Position numbers and translations under genes: made by a program
Shown: positions 1 to 37,322 of the stretch, in pieces
How positions within the stretch are numbered: the stretch's first letter is position 1
Layout of the letters: the number at the start of each line of letters is the position of its first letter
Notes under the pieces: model-generated
Database searches by the model: none
Told to the model about the DNA's origin: nothing
The model's input: the letters and a program-made list of their open reading frames with translations, nothing else
Assembly: GCF_036321535.1 (NCBI RefSeq)
Contig: NC_087436.1
Location: 73,410,001-73,474,000, forward strand
Direction: 5' to 3'
DNA length: 64,000 bases
Source: Camelus dromedarius
Taxonomy: Eukaryota

Positions 1-1384
1 CCAGGGTGTTCTAGTAACTCTAGAAATCCACAGGCACAAATTCACCCAACTGGAGGAACCCGGTGTTCTGAGGATGCAGTGTAAGTAACAAGTCCCACAG
101 ACTGCACTCCGGTTGTTCCTTCAGCCATTCCGCAAAATACTGCCTCCTGTTTGCGCTACTCACCTTGCCTGTAAGGTTGGAACTTTGGTTTCTCATATGA
201 GGTCAGTGTTTACACCTGTTCCTCCCAAGAACTACATGCAAAGATGCTGCTGCTGCTTCTACAAAGGAAAAGAAAAAAGAAAAGAAAAGGAACATAAAGA
301 CCTGAGGACACTGGGAATGCCTGGGAAATGAAAAGAGATATGAAATCATCATGTTCTCTTTTCTTGCTATATTGAAAGATAAAGAGAAAAAAGACACTTT
401 CCCTCACTCACTTTATAGCAAATTTTCATTCTACGAACAGATGTTTGTTTTAAAATTATGATTAAATAAAACTTGTATCTTCTTTGAAGTCTTCATTAAG
501 TAAAAAATTCTATATTTTGGAATAAACTTGCTCTCCCCTTCTTTTTGGTTAGTGGGGCATAATCAGAAAAGGGCCAACCTTGGGCAAAGTTGAAGATGGA
601 TCAGTGCTGTGTTTGAATCTCCCCCCATCCCTGGATCCCTCTTCACGACGGCTCACTCACCTCCCTCTGTTCACCAGCTGTTCAGCGCTCTGATTGCCCA
701 AAACCAACCTGGCTCTGGCAGGGCTTTCTCTTCCCAAACGTTCAAACTTTTGTCATTCAAAACGGAACTGCTCTGGAATCCAGTCCCTGAAGGCCTTGCT
801 AGGTGGTATATAAACCTCAGAAAAACTAAGACAAACGAAAGATGGAGTAATAGCTTCAGTGCATCTGTTACAGAAAGTGGACTATTCCTGGAGTGTTTCA
901 CAATGAGGGCCTTTTTAAAAATAACTCCAGGTAAAATTGCATCATTCCTCACCCTGGAACATGCATGGAGTTGCCTACGTGGGAAGCAGCCCTAAAAAGC
1001 ATATGCCTTTGTGACTTCGGGTTAATAAATTTTTCTTTTAAAATACATTGATACCCAGCAAGCTTTTTGCCTCAGAGGGATAGTTTTCAGGCATTAATAT
1101 CTCAAAGGGAATTCGTTTATCACGTGTGTTCCTCTTAGCACACAGGTGGGACTGTCTGCTTTGGAAGCAATGGCAGTGTCTTGGGAGCACATGATCTTTT
1201 ATGTATCTACTACAAACTTTTATTCACGCTTAAATGCATCTTTTGCCTGTGGCAGAAATAGCCTAGGCAAGCCTAAAGTTCTAATTATGCTAAAAAGGCA
1301 GAACCTGAATCAAACCCAAATTGAAAGACAGTTACAAAACAACTGCTCTGTAATCTTCAAAAAATGTAGCTATGGTAGACAAAG

Positions 1385-1688
1385 TTTGAAGGACATTAAA
1401 AAGACGTGGTAAATAAATGTCACATGATCCTGGAAGTGGGAAGGTAAGGGAGAAATGGCCAGAAAGGGTATTATTGGGACAACTGGCAGATTTTTATGTG
1501 AGCCATGTTTTAAGTAATCATTTTATATCCATGTTAAATTTTCTGAATTTGATGATTATGTAAAAGAACATCCTTATATAAAGATCTGAAGTATTTGAGG
1601 GTAAGGAGTATGATTTCTGCAGCTAAGTCTTGAATAATTCAGGGACAAAAGGGGTGTGTGTGTGTGTATGTGTGTGTATGTGTGTGTT

Positions 1689-1727
<39 letters not shown>

Positions 1728-1865
1728 AGGAGGGTGAGAGAGTAATAAAATGTGGCAAAATGTTTTTACAGTTGATGTATTTGGGTGAAAGGCATATAGG
1801 AGTTCTTTGTACCATTCCTGCAACTCTTTTTAGTTTGAAATTATTTCAAAATGAAAGTAAAAAGG
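1385..1865 (+). mobile_element. Old L1 (L1ME-like) 3' fragment with an embedded microsatellite
   Basis: Typical L1M 3'-end motifs, e.g. gggtgaaaggcatataggagttctttgtaccattcctgcaact...tttgaaattatttcaaaatgaaag. Confidence 0.65.
1654..1727. repeat. Compound (TG)n(GA)n microsatellite
   Basis: Directly visible. Confidence 0.95.
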
Positions 1866-2264
1866 CATTAGTGGAAACAACACAGGATTTAGTGACAGGG
1901 GTTTAGTTGTGAGGGAGGAAGTGGCAGTCTGGGGCCTCCGGGGACAGATGAGGGAGGTGACAGAGTTAGATGAGACTGGAGGGTAGGGGTATAAAAAGAA
2001 GGAATGTTAAAAAGAAGACTAGATCTTGGGGGAAATATCCTGGGAAAAGCTGCATTGAAAGTGCCCGCAGGCAGTCAGCGGGGAGGACAGCGCACAGCAG
2101 ACCGGCTGTCCCCACGGCCTGCTGAGAAGGGACGCTGGACCTCGGAGGACACCGTGTCTATGTGGCCTTTAAAAATATCTAAGTTTGAGACTGCACTGAT
2201 TTGATGTGCACTGAAGATGAGATTAGATGTACTCTCTTTTCTTCTTCTTATTTTCCTTTCTCAT

Positions 2265-2555
2265 TCTTATCTACAAAACAGAGACAGACTCACAGACACA
2301 GAAAACAAACTTATGGTTATGGGTGGGGAGGAAGGATACATTGGGAGTCCGAGATTTGCAGATACTAACTACTATATATAAAATAGATAAACAACAAGTT
2401 CACACTGTATAACATAGGGAACTACATTCAATATCTTGTGGTAACCTATAATGAAAAAGAATATGAAAAGGAATATATGTATGTATGTGTATGACTGAAT
2501 GCACCAGAAATTGACACAACACTGTAAACTGACTATACTTCAATTTTTTAAAAAA
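2265..2555 (+). mobile_element. LINE-1 3'UTR fragment (artiodactyl-type)
   Basis: Contains acagactcacagac...ttatggtt...gaaattgacacaacactgtaaactgactatacttcaat, similar to the 3' end of the L1 at 21.9-22.2 kb. Confidence 0.8.
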
Positions 2556-4246
2556 TCTCTTTTCAGTTTGTAACTCATATTTTTTCTTCACTGAGATAGT
2601 ATGTGATTGAAAATTCTGAGCAAGGTGAAAATGCAATGATTTCTTAAGGAATTTTGTATGGTTTAAGTCATGCCGTATAAACATATCTTTTGGCTTTACT
2701 GTGTTTGTGGTCAATATTAATAAAGCAAAATTTGTGCTTACTATTATCTTTCCATAGTCACTGTAACAAGGAGAAGCAAATCATCTCTTATGATCACAGT
2801 AAAATGACTACAATATTTGGTAGCAAAGAGAATCCACATACACTTGCTAAGGTTAGATAATCTGTTGCAGCCTCAGTTTGAATGTGTCTTCATGCTTTTT
2901 AAATGATTCAGGTCTAGAGCCAATCTGTCAGCCAAAATCAGTTTGGGGATTAAAAGCGAAATCGTGGCGGGGCTGGGGGATGGGGAGGCTAGACCTTTAC
3001 AAGATGTGGACTGTGAAAATTCAGGGAAGGATCTGAAAACCTTTATGATCATTAATAGTTGTTCCTGAGCTGCATCTTGAAGGCGTAAAGTAATACCAGT
3101 GGCGTTTTAGCATGTCCCTCTTCCTCTTAAATTTGACTTAAAAATATTTAAATCCCCAATACTTTCTGTCCTTGAGATTTTTCTGTCTTCTGTCTTCTTT
3201 TTTTTTTTTCTTAATGTTTAAAAATATGTTGGCATGATAGGCCAATTTTTAACTAGTGACTTGGACATGATACAATTGGAACTTAGAGTGTTAGTCATGC
3301 ATGTACGGGGAAGTTCAAGTATGTTCTTGTGAATTTGAAACTGTAGAAGTAGGTGCTTAAAAGTCCTTGTATGTTGCTCTGTATAGTAAGAACTAGTCCT
3401 GTTACATCATGTACATAATAACTAATCATTTTCTTCCCCTTTACAACATAAATCAAGGTTTGAGTTCTAGCCCCCCTGCCAAAAAAAAAAGCCCACAAAA
3501 ATTAATCTTGAATTTATCCGTGCCTTGAAAATAAGTTAAAAATAAAATCCTATTCCTACATCCCACACTACTACGAACCTTGTAATGATTCACACGTTGG
3601 TTACCCAGACTGGTTGAGCTGAGACTCAGACGTTCACTGATATTTGGGGAGGGTAATTTTTAACTGGGGGAGAAGGGGGAGTTTGGTTGGAAGTTTGGGT
3701 CTCAAGAGGAGAAACAGAAGGTGTAAGACGGCATGTACTTCCACAGCCACCACTTGGATTGAATTTGAGCCGAGTAGTCAGTGATGAGCATCAGAAGCTG
3801 ATAAAGATGTTTTAAAAGAAACTTTAGGAGCTTCTGAACACAGCAGAGCTGCTTTGGGGCTGACGTGATAAAGTGTCACACAAACTTGAGAAGGGGGCGC
3901 TTCTCCCCACCTCTACATGGAACTCACTCCTTCTCTGGAAAACAGCAGCTACTTGCGGAAGGTCAGGAGACATCAGTGTTCTCACATTAGGTGCTGTTTC
4001 ATCAGGGCTGCGGGGTTGGATGGAGCGCCTTCCAGGGCTTCGTGGGCAGCAGGTGTCAACAAGGGGCAGCCAAACCAGGAAGGAAGGCGCTGCAGGCTGT
4101 GTGGAGTCTGCTGCTGAATGATGGGTTTGTAGCCCATTCAAACACTGGGGTTTGCTAAGTTCCTGGTCAAATATGAAAAATTAAGAAATAGCCAACTTTC
4201 TCTGTAAATGTTACCCCATGGCATTTAGAAAAATCTTTTGAGGAGG

Positions 4247-4658
4247 TGTGTTAGTTTGCTTGGACTGCTTTCACAAAATACCACAGAGTGGGTGGCTTAC
4301 ACAATAGAAATTTATTTTCTCACAGTTCTGGAAGCTGAAAGTCCAAGATCAAGGCGTCGGCAGGATGGGTTTCCTCTGAGGCCTCTCTCCTGGGTTTGCA
4401 GACGGCTGCCCTCTGGCTGCCTCTTGGCGCAGTCTCCTCTCCATGCACGTGTTGCCCATGGTGTCTCTCCTGTGCATCCAGATTTTCTCTTCTTAATAAG
4501 GACACCAGCCAGATTGGATTAGGGCCCCCCACAATGGCCTCATTTTAACTTGAATCACTTCTTTAAAGGCCCTGTCTCCAATATATATCACATTCTGAGG
4601 TACTGGTGGTTAGGGCTTCAACATATGTATCTGAAGGGAATAAATTCAGCCCATAACA
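4247..4658 (-). mobile_element. Solo LTR, ERVL-MaLR (MLT1-type)
   Basis: TG...CA termini, with MLT1 hallmarks tctcacagttctggaagctg-aagtccaagatcaagg and cattctgaggtactgg. Near-TSD GGAGG (4242-4246) / GGAAG (4659-4663). Confidence 0.85.
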
Positions 4659-5034
4659 GGAAGGATCCAATTTTGATAGCAGTAACTACAAATTATCAAA
4701 AGATCTGCATAATCTGGAGAGAGCTGGCTCTGACTCTAAGGAAAACAGGGGTTACAAAGCTCAGATACTTTTATACATACAAAAAAATGAAGAAAACCAC
4801 CACTTTCCTTTTTCAAGCACAGAGCATATTTGACTTATTTTTATAATAAAATGTAAGTAAATATCAGGTTCCTGTAGGAACCTCCAGGCTTTTCCTAAAC
4901 AGTAGAATAGGTCAATTTTATCTCAGTAAAGTGGAGACCAAGGCGGGGAAGCAATATTTCACTGAAATACTACCCATAACAGTAAGCAGAAGGTTTCACG
5001 TGTCTTTTACACGACCCCGCCTCCCCACGCCCCA

Positions 5035-5537
5035 CACCAGCCTCTTCCTCTCTGACCTCACCTCACCCTCCTTTCCTCCCTTCTCACTCTGCTCCAGACA
5101 CACGGCCCTCCTCGCTGTTCTCACGCAGACAAAGCTCACAGCCTCCTCAAGGCCTGTGCCCTGGTCGGTCCCTCTAGCTACAGTGGCCTTGCCCCAGATA
5201 ATCCACATTACCCACATGGGTCCTTCTCTCATTTCTTACAGGACACTCATAAAATGCCACCTTTCAGTTCCTGGCCAACCTATCAAAATGTGCAGGCACG
5301 ATACCCACGGATACCCTCTTCCTATACCCAGCTTTATTTTATCCCCTAGCATGAATCACATTCAGTCATTCTACATGTGTTCTTAGTTCCCTTTTTTATT
5401 ATTTGTCCTTCATATCAGAAAGTAAACTCCCTAAAAACAGTGATTTGTGTCTATTGTGTTCATTCCTTTATCTTTAGGACTTAAAACAATACCTGCATAT
5501 AGCAGGAACTCAATAAATATTTGTTAAATAAATGAAC
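5035..5537 (+). mobile_element. LINE-2 3' fragment
   Basis: Pyrimidine-rich L2 body ending in the L2 tail ctcaataaatatttgttaaataaatgaa. Confidence 0.75.
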
Positions 5538-5623
5538 TTTCAAACCTCCTGGTATCTTAACCTTATTTGCTTCCAAATCAATTCCCACATCTCCGGGGAA
5601 GTCTCAGGAGTTTAAAATCTCCT

Positions 5624-5687
5624 AGAAGAAGAAGGAGAAGGAGGGGGAGGGGAGGGGAGAGGGAGAGGGAGAAGGAGAAGGAGAAGA
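5624..5687. repeat. Polypurine (GAA/GGA/GAG) low-complexity tract
   Basis: An uninterrupted purine run of about 64 nt. Confidence 0.9.
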
Positions 5688-7272
5688 ACTTATATTGAGG
5701 AGAGAAAGGTAAGATACAAAAATCCCTCTCAAATAAAACACTATACTGGCCACTGGTGCATGCTTCCAACCTTCTTTGAGGAATTTTAACGTGTATCTTT
5801 CTCTTTTCAGCACAGATAAAGTTTCTTGCTTTCAGTAGTTTGTTAGAGAGTAGGTTAGAATGGTAACCAGAGACAGAGAATCCTCCAATTTAATTGCTCA
5901 CTTAATTTTGTAATTTTTTTTCACACTTTTATTAGCAGCATCTATCACTTTTTTCAGAATCTGAGTCCTCTTTGTAAAATCTCTCCTCCAAGTCCAGGTC
6001 AGGACATACAGATTTCCTGGGAAGCCTGTTATTTAAGATGCCTCTTCAAACTGTTATTCTTTAAATATTCATTCAACAGACAAGGAGAAACTGATTTTCT
6101 GACAACAAATTTATGCACATCTTGGTTTATGTTCTAAATAGTAGATTTATTACTTGAATTTCTTTGGGAATCTATTTCACCACATTCATTCACTTGGAGG
6201 ATTAGATGCCCACCCTCATTCAGAATAGAGGTAGAGTTCATATAGTCATAGTAATATTGTATATAAAATGTGTTTTAAGCTTCTGTTTCCACACTGGCAA
6301 AGTATTGCTCCTTTTCTAGAGTTTCTTTTCAGTTTTCATTGGTATTATTTTTCAAATCCATATGTTGAGAGGTACACTGGGGACTTTAATTTTAGACACA
6401 TCACAGATAACTAATTTTCCCTAATCAACATGCCCTGCACTTTTGCAAATTCAGAACTCCAGTGGACTGACTGACGACTTAACATACACATTAGCTGACT
6501 GATTTCAAGACTGGAAATGCGTCTGGGGCTGTTCCATCAGACTCCCTAGGCTACATTCCAATATAATCAAGAAAAATAGCCCTGCCAGTGTGGACTAATT
6601 TTCCAATCTCCATTCATTGTATCAACTTACATTTTGCTGCTTGCAAATCACACTTGAAAATCAATTCATTCCAAAGATGTACAGCACTCTTTTTGGATTA
6701 GCACTCCTGGAAGTGGTCTGATCTGCCTTCCTGCCGCTCTGCCTTTGCCCATCTGCTCACATTTCATCTTGGTGAGGCAAATTTACTTTCATAATTCTCC
6801 AAGTTCTTTTTCTTTCATTCAGGATTCTCACTGAAGTCCACAGCTCCTCCTGGCCACCCCCAAGTTCCCACAGCCTATCCCTCCTCCAGCTACTGGTTCT
6901 GCCTTGCTGACCTCTGAGTCACCAGCCACCTGCTAACATCAGGAGAGCCCAGACACAATCACAGAGACAGAGGCCACGTGCATTGGGTCTCTTCTGCTCC
7001 CCTTAGGCACGTTCATAAACCCCTAGGACTGGACAGCTAGAGTGTTAACTATCAGTGTCCACCAGGGTGCCCCACTCCACTGCCGGCAACTTCTGACGGA
7101 CCGTCTATTACAGTTCTTCCTTGCCACCGCTGAGGTTCAAATAGAGTAAGTTCTCCTTAACACTGGGCCCATAAAAACGGGCAAAGAAGACTGTTTAATG
7201 CAAGGACAGAATTCTTCACAGGTTTTAGCACTTTCCCCCTTGGGAAGGAATGTCTTACAGAGTGGCTCTTTA

Positions 7273-7286
7273 CTGCCACCTCCCGG
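7273..7286 (-). promoter_or_regulatory. Candidate CTCF binding site
   Basis: Minus strand CCGGGAGGTGGCAG(TA) has one mismatch to the consensus CCGCGNGGNGGCAG, within a locally CpG-enriched patch. Confidence 0.5.
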
Positions 7287-7754
7287 ATTGCACTTGGCAA
7301 TCCTGGGCGGAGCCAGAGGAGTAAGGTGTCATGCTACTGAAACAGATAAAAGGCCAGCTGCAGCAGCCCCCGCGCTCAGAACTTTCCTAAATAATTCCCG
7401 TCCACCCAAGCAGAGCTGACTTCTAAATCCCTCTACCCTAGAAGGGAGAAGTGCTTCTCTCTCATCAACATTTCCTCCCAAGGCCCAACAGAAGAAAGGG
7501 GAACTGATCACCTTACTGAAGAGGACAAGTGTAATTGAAAATACATTCTTCTGGCTGGGTTGCACTTCCCAGTTTAAAATAATTTTTGACCTACAGTATG
7601 CTTTGAGCCAAACTATATTATCTGAATCTGGTGTTTGCCTTTGTTTTCAGGAGGTAGGAAACACATCTGCAAAGGAAAATGTCCAACACTCAAGCTAAAA
7701 TCTGCTCTACCGTTTTTTTAAGAACGTTAATATCCTTTAGCCACATAAGGAATC

Positions 7755-8030
7755 CAAATGACCAATAGATATGAAAAAAAGAAAAAATATATGAAAATAT
7801 GTGTAACCTCAGTAGTAATGAAGAATACGTAAACTAAAGCAAGATAGTTTTCACCCATTAGATTGGTCAACATGAAAATTAGTAGCAGCAGTATCTAATA
7901 TAGTCCAGGTCTGGGGAAATAGACTTTCTCATACACTGTTGGTGGGAATATAAATTGGTATGGCATTTTTGGAGGACAATTTGGCAGACTTAGTCAAAAT
8001 CTAAAATGAAGCATAGCTTTTGCAGCTTTA
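7755..8030 (+). mobile_element. Old L1 (L1ME-like) ORF2 3' fragment
   Basis: Contains ctctcatacactgttggtgggaatataaattggta...ttttggaggacaatttggca-like sequence. Confidence 0.7.
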
Positions 8031-9734
8031 AAAGGTCCATCTCTGGAGAACACTGTGACTATATTGCCAGCATCTGTTCCACATCTACTTCCAAGTTTTT
8101 GGAAGCCAGGTGGTCCCATGGGTAGGCTGTCACTAACCTTAAACCAATCAGTACAATCCTGTTTCCTTTTGCTCATAATTAATTCAGACAAATGAATTTA
8201 ACAGAGACCCAAGCCAATCAGTGGATACCATTCCCCTGGCTACAATGCTTGACCCCTGGTTACAATGCTTGACCCCTGGTGAGCAGTGTCCAAATATGGC
8301 TTTTAGAGTAAAGTGAAGTTTTGTTTATGGCTGGAAAAACACACTTCCTCCTCTGTAAGTGAATGAGGATGTAGGTAGCTCCAGGAGTCTAAGCTCCCAA
8401 AGTTTATATTATCTAAACAAACAAAAAATTTTAATTGATTCCAGATCTGAGAAATCATGACCATATATTTATTCCCGCAAACACCCATGCGCCTATCATT
8501 TATTAAGCGAGTAACACTGAGCAAATTTCTTAAACTTTCTAAGCCTGTGCCTTGTCTATAAAACATGAGTAACATTTCTACTTTCATAGGGTTATTATTA
8601 ACTATTGTCACATAGAAATCACAGCACTAGATGGTGTGGAACAGAAAGAGATAAATAAGATGTGGTTCCTAGTCTTTAAGAGACACAGAAATTTTGGTGA
8701 GGGCAGTGATATTGGGTGTGGTTCTTCCCCGTGTACCTTCAGAATCTGGCCCTGACTCTTCCAGAGGGTCTAGGAGCAATTTAATAAACAGCTTTTCTAC
8801 TTAAAAAGTATACAGTGGAAGAGATGGATAGGTAGGTATTCATGGAAGCAAAAGGAGGGATGATCCAAGGAAAAAGTCTAAAAGCAGATTCAGGAGGGAA
8901 GTAACCAATGGAAATGCTGTTGTCATGGGGTGGAGGGACAGTTTTAAATTCTAGCAGCAATGTTAATGGAGATCGCTTTCCAGACTTAGAGGCACTGAAA
9001 TAAGTTGACATGAAAACCTGTTCTCTTGACTGATAGGAGATCCCACCCCGGTGTAGGAACAGGAAAACATGCTGAAATGAGACATTTTGGATTCATTTCC
9101 CTGATTCTTTCTTATTTAATTCATGTAAACCAACAATACCATTTCCACAATTTTGCTAGAACCTTCCTCACTTCTACAGGAGATAACCCTGCATGCCAAA
9201 GTAGAACAAGAAGGGATTAAAAAAGGTTATGCAATGGGGGGAAATAAAATTTCACCAAAAGCAAAGGAAAATGACATTTTGTGGATGGGTTTTTGTTTTG
9301 CTTTCAATCTCTCAGTATATAATACAGTCAGTGTCAGATAGCTACAAACATCTGTAAACACAAAGCTCTAAATCACAAGTCACATACAAGTGATGACAAA
9401 TGATCTGTGGTAGGGCACTTCACAGAAAGACAGGGTAAGAAATAGATAAGCTGCATGTTAATTACATTTTCAAGTTACTTCATGTCTGAAACTATCAAGA
9501 GAGAAAATTAAGGCCATTTAAAAAGCAATACGAAAACGTAAGTTTTCATTCACATAGAAGAGTGTTAAGGGCCCACTTCTAATGCTGAAGCACAACACAG
9601 AGCAACAGATCCACTTAGTCCACGTCTCCAGGACTGGCCTTAAACCTCAGAAGCAGTGACTTTAGTGTTTCTAATGCTTCCAACAGTTCGGTGATATAGA
9701 GGAGGGCTTAGAAAACAAGTCAATCACATTTTTC

Positions 9735-12245
9735 AGTCTAGTGTGACTCATAATTTATTACAGATCCAGCCTTATACTGTAGTACAACTAAGGTAAAGGA
9801 ACCAACAATGAGTCATATAAGAAAACTCATCTTCTATAGTCCCATTTCTATAGGAAGGCAGCCATTGTAACCAAGCAAGGGATTCTCAGCCAGGAGAACC
9901 AGGTTCTAAGACTGAGTCTGTCACTTTTACCAGGTAGTCTTTACAGGACATGTTACTTTAGGATCAGGCTGCTTGTATCACTGGCTTTACAAGAAAATTA
10001 ACTCGCTACCCTTATATCCAAAATTTCGAAAAGAGAATTTACAGATGGCTTCAAACTTATGGTTTAAAACTATACAGTGTTGTACACATTATTCATGGTC
10101 TCTTAATTAAATAAATGCAGATAAAAACCATATATGGAGCTCAGTAAGATATAATATTTATTAATTTTAAAAGATACATACACACATAGCAAGCTCATTT
10201 CCCCCAACCAGTACATACACATATTTCCTATTAGTAAGTGGCTTAATCATATCCTTGTAAAGTGAGACAAAGCAAAGTAACCTTAAACTGAGAAAAGGGA
10301 TTCTTTTGCTTCAGTATCTATGGCTCCAATTTGCAAAATCTTCTTTTTCAAGGAGTTCTGCCAAGGTTCTAACCAGATATGGTTCTCAAGTCTCAACGTG
10401 GACTCACAGTAAATCATTTTTAGTTCTGTAATTCTAAAGTTCACAAAATGTTTTAGTAAACAAAAAATATCAAAAGCAAACACAGAAATGAGAAGGTAAC
10501 TGATCTTAGACTCTCAGACAGTGAAGTGATATTTTCAGACTGATCTTAAATAAAAATAACATTGAAATAAACTGGAGAAACACTTGGCTTCTAAGTATTG
10601 CCTGCTTTCCATGCTGTACAGTCTGCTGGCAAAATTTTTCAAAATAAAAATAAAACAATAGCATTTTAATATGAAGCCTATTACTACCTATACACTAATT
10701 TTGTTCAGTACATTAGCCGCACCAATCTAGTCAAACATCTGGTCAGAGGCTAAAGACAGAGTCTCAAAATCAAGGTGAAATTTTAGTTGAACCACCTATA
10801 GAATCCACATTGGAGCCCCTTATTTTGCCTCCTCTGGAATGTCCTTTTGAAGCTTGAGTGTCTAAAGTCAGAATTTCAGTATTAAGCTCCTTAGAGTAAC
10901 AGAGAAAACTGCTAGTTAAATCTGGGGGCTAAGTTCTCCTCAAAGCCTTTTGGAAAAAATACACTGTTAATTGGTTAAGGCAAAATAAGTCCACACAGAT
11001 TCTGGTCCCCTGAACAACCATTCTCTAAGATGATAAATGCAGAGCATGTCTTAAAACCCAGAAACCCAAAACCTGGAGTCCAGCTGGTTTAACTCTTCCA
11101 TGTAAAAGTTGTGAACTAGTGCATTAGAAAAGATGTGTGGGCTGCAGGGAAATGATTTTGCACCTTGGTGAAAAGCTTTGGGGAAGGCTTAAGTGTCTGA
11201 GAAAACAGGAGACAGGAACATCTCTGGGTTCTGTGCAACACACCTTCAAGCTCTCAGGAGACAAGAGTGAAGTCCAAAACAGTGGGCATTCCCTCCCCAA
11301 CGCCTTTTCAGCTGGAGACTTCCAGAGCAATTGGCCCACAGAAGAGTGATCAGCCCTAGTCAGTTGGTAAAGCTGTTTCCATCTCCTAAGGTGTGTGTTC
11401 CTCTTTTTCCCATGAGAAGCACAGTACTCAGCTCCAAGGCAGACTTACAAAATTCTCTGTCCCCATTCTTGTTCCAGTAACGTTCCTACACATAGGAACA
11501 TTAGCACCAGAATCTTACAAAACAGAGAGTCATACTAGGTCATTAGAAATAAAAGGTTTCTTTGCAAAATTTGCATTAGTGTGGTTCTTAGAAGATCAGC
11601 AGAGAGGCCAGATTCCCACAATAACACTGATTAAACAACAATAATCACAGAAACCAAAGATACACATCTATCCATAGAGAGCAGTTACAAATCTCCTTAA
11701 CACCTAGAAACAAGCAAGATTTTTAAATGTGTTTTACAGTTAAATTAGGGTAAGGAAAATATTTTCTCTTACTGATCCTAGTTCTTTTCATTTTCTTCAA
11801 CTGATTTTACTTTTTACCACCTACCTCCACCAAATCCACTCCCAAATAAATGTATACGTTTATACAGATAACACATGAGGTTCAATGTATAAATGACCTT
11901 CTAAATGCTTATCTCTTTCTCCCTTTTTTAAATCACTTTAAATATACAACCTACTAATAGTAAATATACATTCATGTAAACAAGAAACCTATCACTATTC
12001 TTCCATTGGCTATATCTTGAAATTGTATCAGTGGACTTGCAGGTGACGGGATGGGATAACAATTGGGAAGGGACAGTTGTTCGAGGTTCCTTTGAAACAC
12101 TCAGAAGTCTGTCTTTTCTTCTCCTTCAAGGCCCTTCTCGGAAAATGCAGACGATTCAGAAGTAAATGCTCAAAATCATGCATCTCTTCTAGGATATCAG
12201 CACTTCTGCTGCAAAAGGATGTCATCTCAAGTGCTAGAGCAGCAT
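9735..12245 (-). other. CDKL2: Probable terminal non-coding (3'UTR) exon of CDKL2
   Basis: Good acceptor CCCCCCTTGCTTTTAG| at 12246/12245. Minus-strand AATAAA at 10157-10162 and 9754-9759, the latter followed by GT/T-rich sequence. The 3' end is approximate. Confidence 0.65.
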
Positions 12246-13241
12246 CTAAAAGCAAGGGGGGATATTTGCCACCAGTTTACATAGAATCTCCCTAGAAATT
12301 GATTCCTACCTCACTTGCTTTCTCACGCTGTATATTGATAATATTGGTAAGTATTCCACAATCTAAGAAAACCTTAGATCATATGTATCAAAAACAAGAT
12401 TTTAAAGGCCATCTTCAGCATAATTACCCACCAAAACTATCATGTGTAGCAAGACATTTCCTTTTATGTAAATAATGACTAATTTTGACAAAATAGATCG
12501 AAGTTTTATAGACCTTGCGGTTATACAGTATGTAAAATGAATGCATTGCAATGACTTCTACTAGGGCCTTGGAAGGGACCTGTAAACATGAGAAATTAAA
12601 ACTTAAAATTTGTTTACTTCACAGCAAATTCATATTTGATGTCACAGACATTCAAAATGTGTTGTGGAGGTTAACAGATTAGTTTCAACAACACAGTTAT
12701 GAGAATGCAGGTTTTTATTATCAACACATTTCACAGAGTTAATAAGATATGAAATTTTGAATGACTCGTCTGAGTCATTGTTTTTTAGTACTAAAAAGTT
12801 ATATTTAAAAGGAAGGCAATCATTTGGTATAGCGCTAATCCCTCTTCACTGGGAAAAAAGATTACCAAGCAATCATTTAATCTCTCTTGCTTTACAAGCC
12901 CAAAGGGCAAAAGACTGATATGGGAGATAAGTATATATCCTTCTGAAGCACTTGCCACTCTAAATTCACATTACTGTATCTAACAAAATACAGGAGATCA
13001 GTTTAAAAGCAAGAGATGTAAACTCTATAAAAAGGGATTTCATCCCAGAGACAAATGCTACTTCTGTTTTTTTAAGTGGTACAACTCTTTGTCTATCAGG
13101 AGTTCTCATGGAATCAATCATTCCAGAATGTTTCAGCTGCAGAATTTGGTCTTCAACAAGCTACAAAATATTCCCCATGAAAAGTTACACAGCTTTAAGT
13201 GTGAGAAATCAGACCTACCCAGTTCAGAATCAAAATGACAC

Positions 13242-37322
<24,081 letters not shown>

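Noticed and set aside
1..1300. Possible ODAPH (C4orf26) coding exon, expected from human synteny
   Set aside because: I saw no ODAPH-like peptide (for example the C-terminal SSSEES) in the frames I read. At most UTR or downstream sequence is present, which I cannot verify.
3888..3902. CTCF-like GAGAAGGGGGCGCT
   Set aside because: It lacks the conserved 5' CC of the core motif and is too weak to call without data.
4931..5386. 151-aa ORF, the longest in the track
   Set aside because: It lies over a pyrimidine-rich L2 relic, starts at GTG and resembles no protein I know; a chance ORF.
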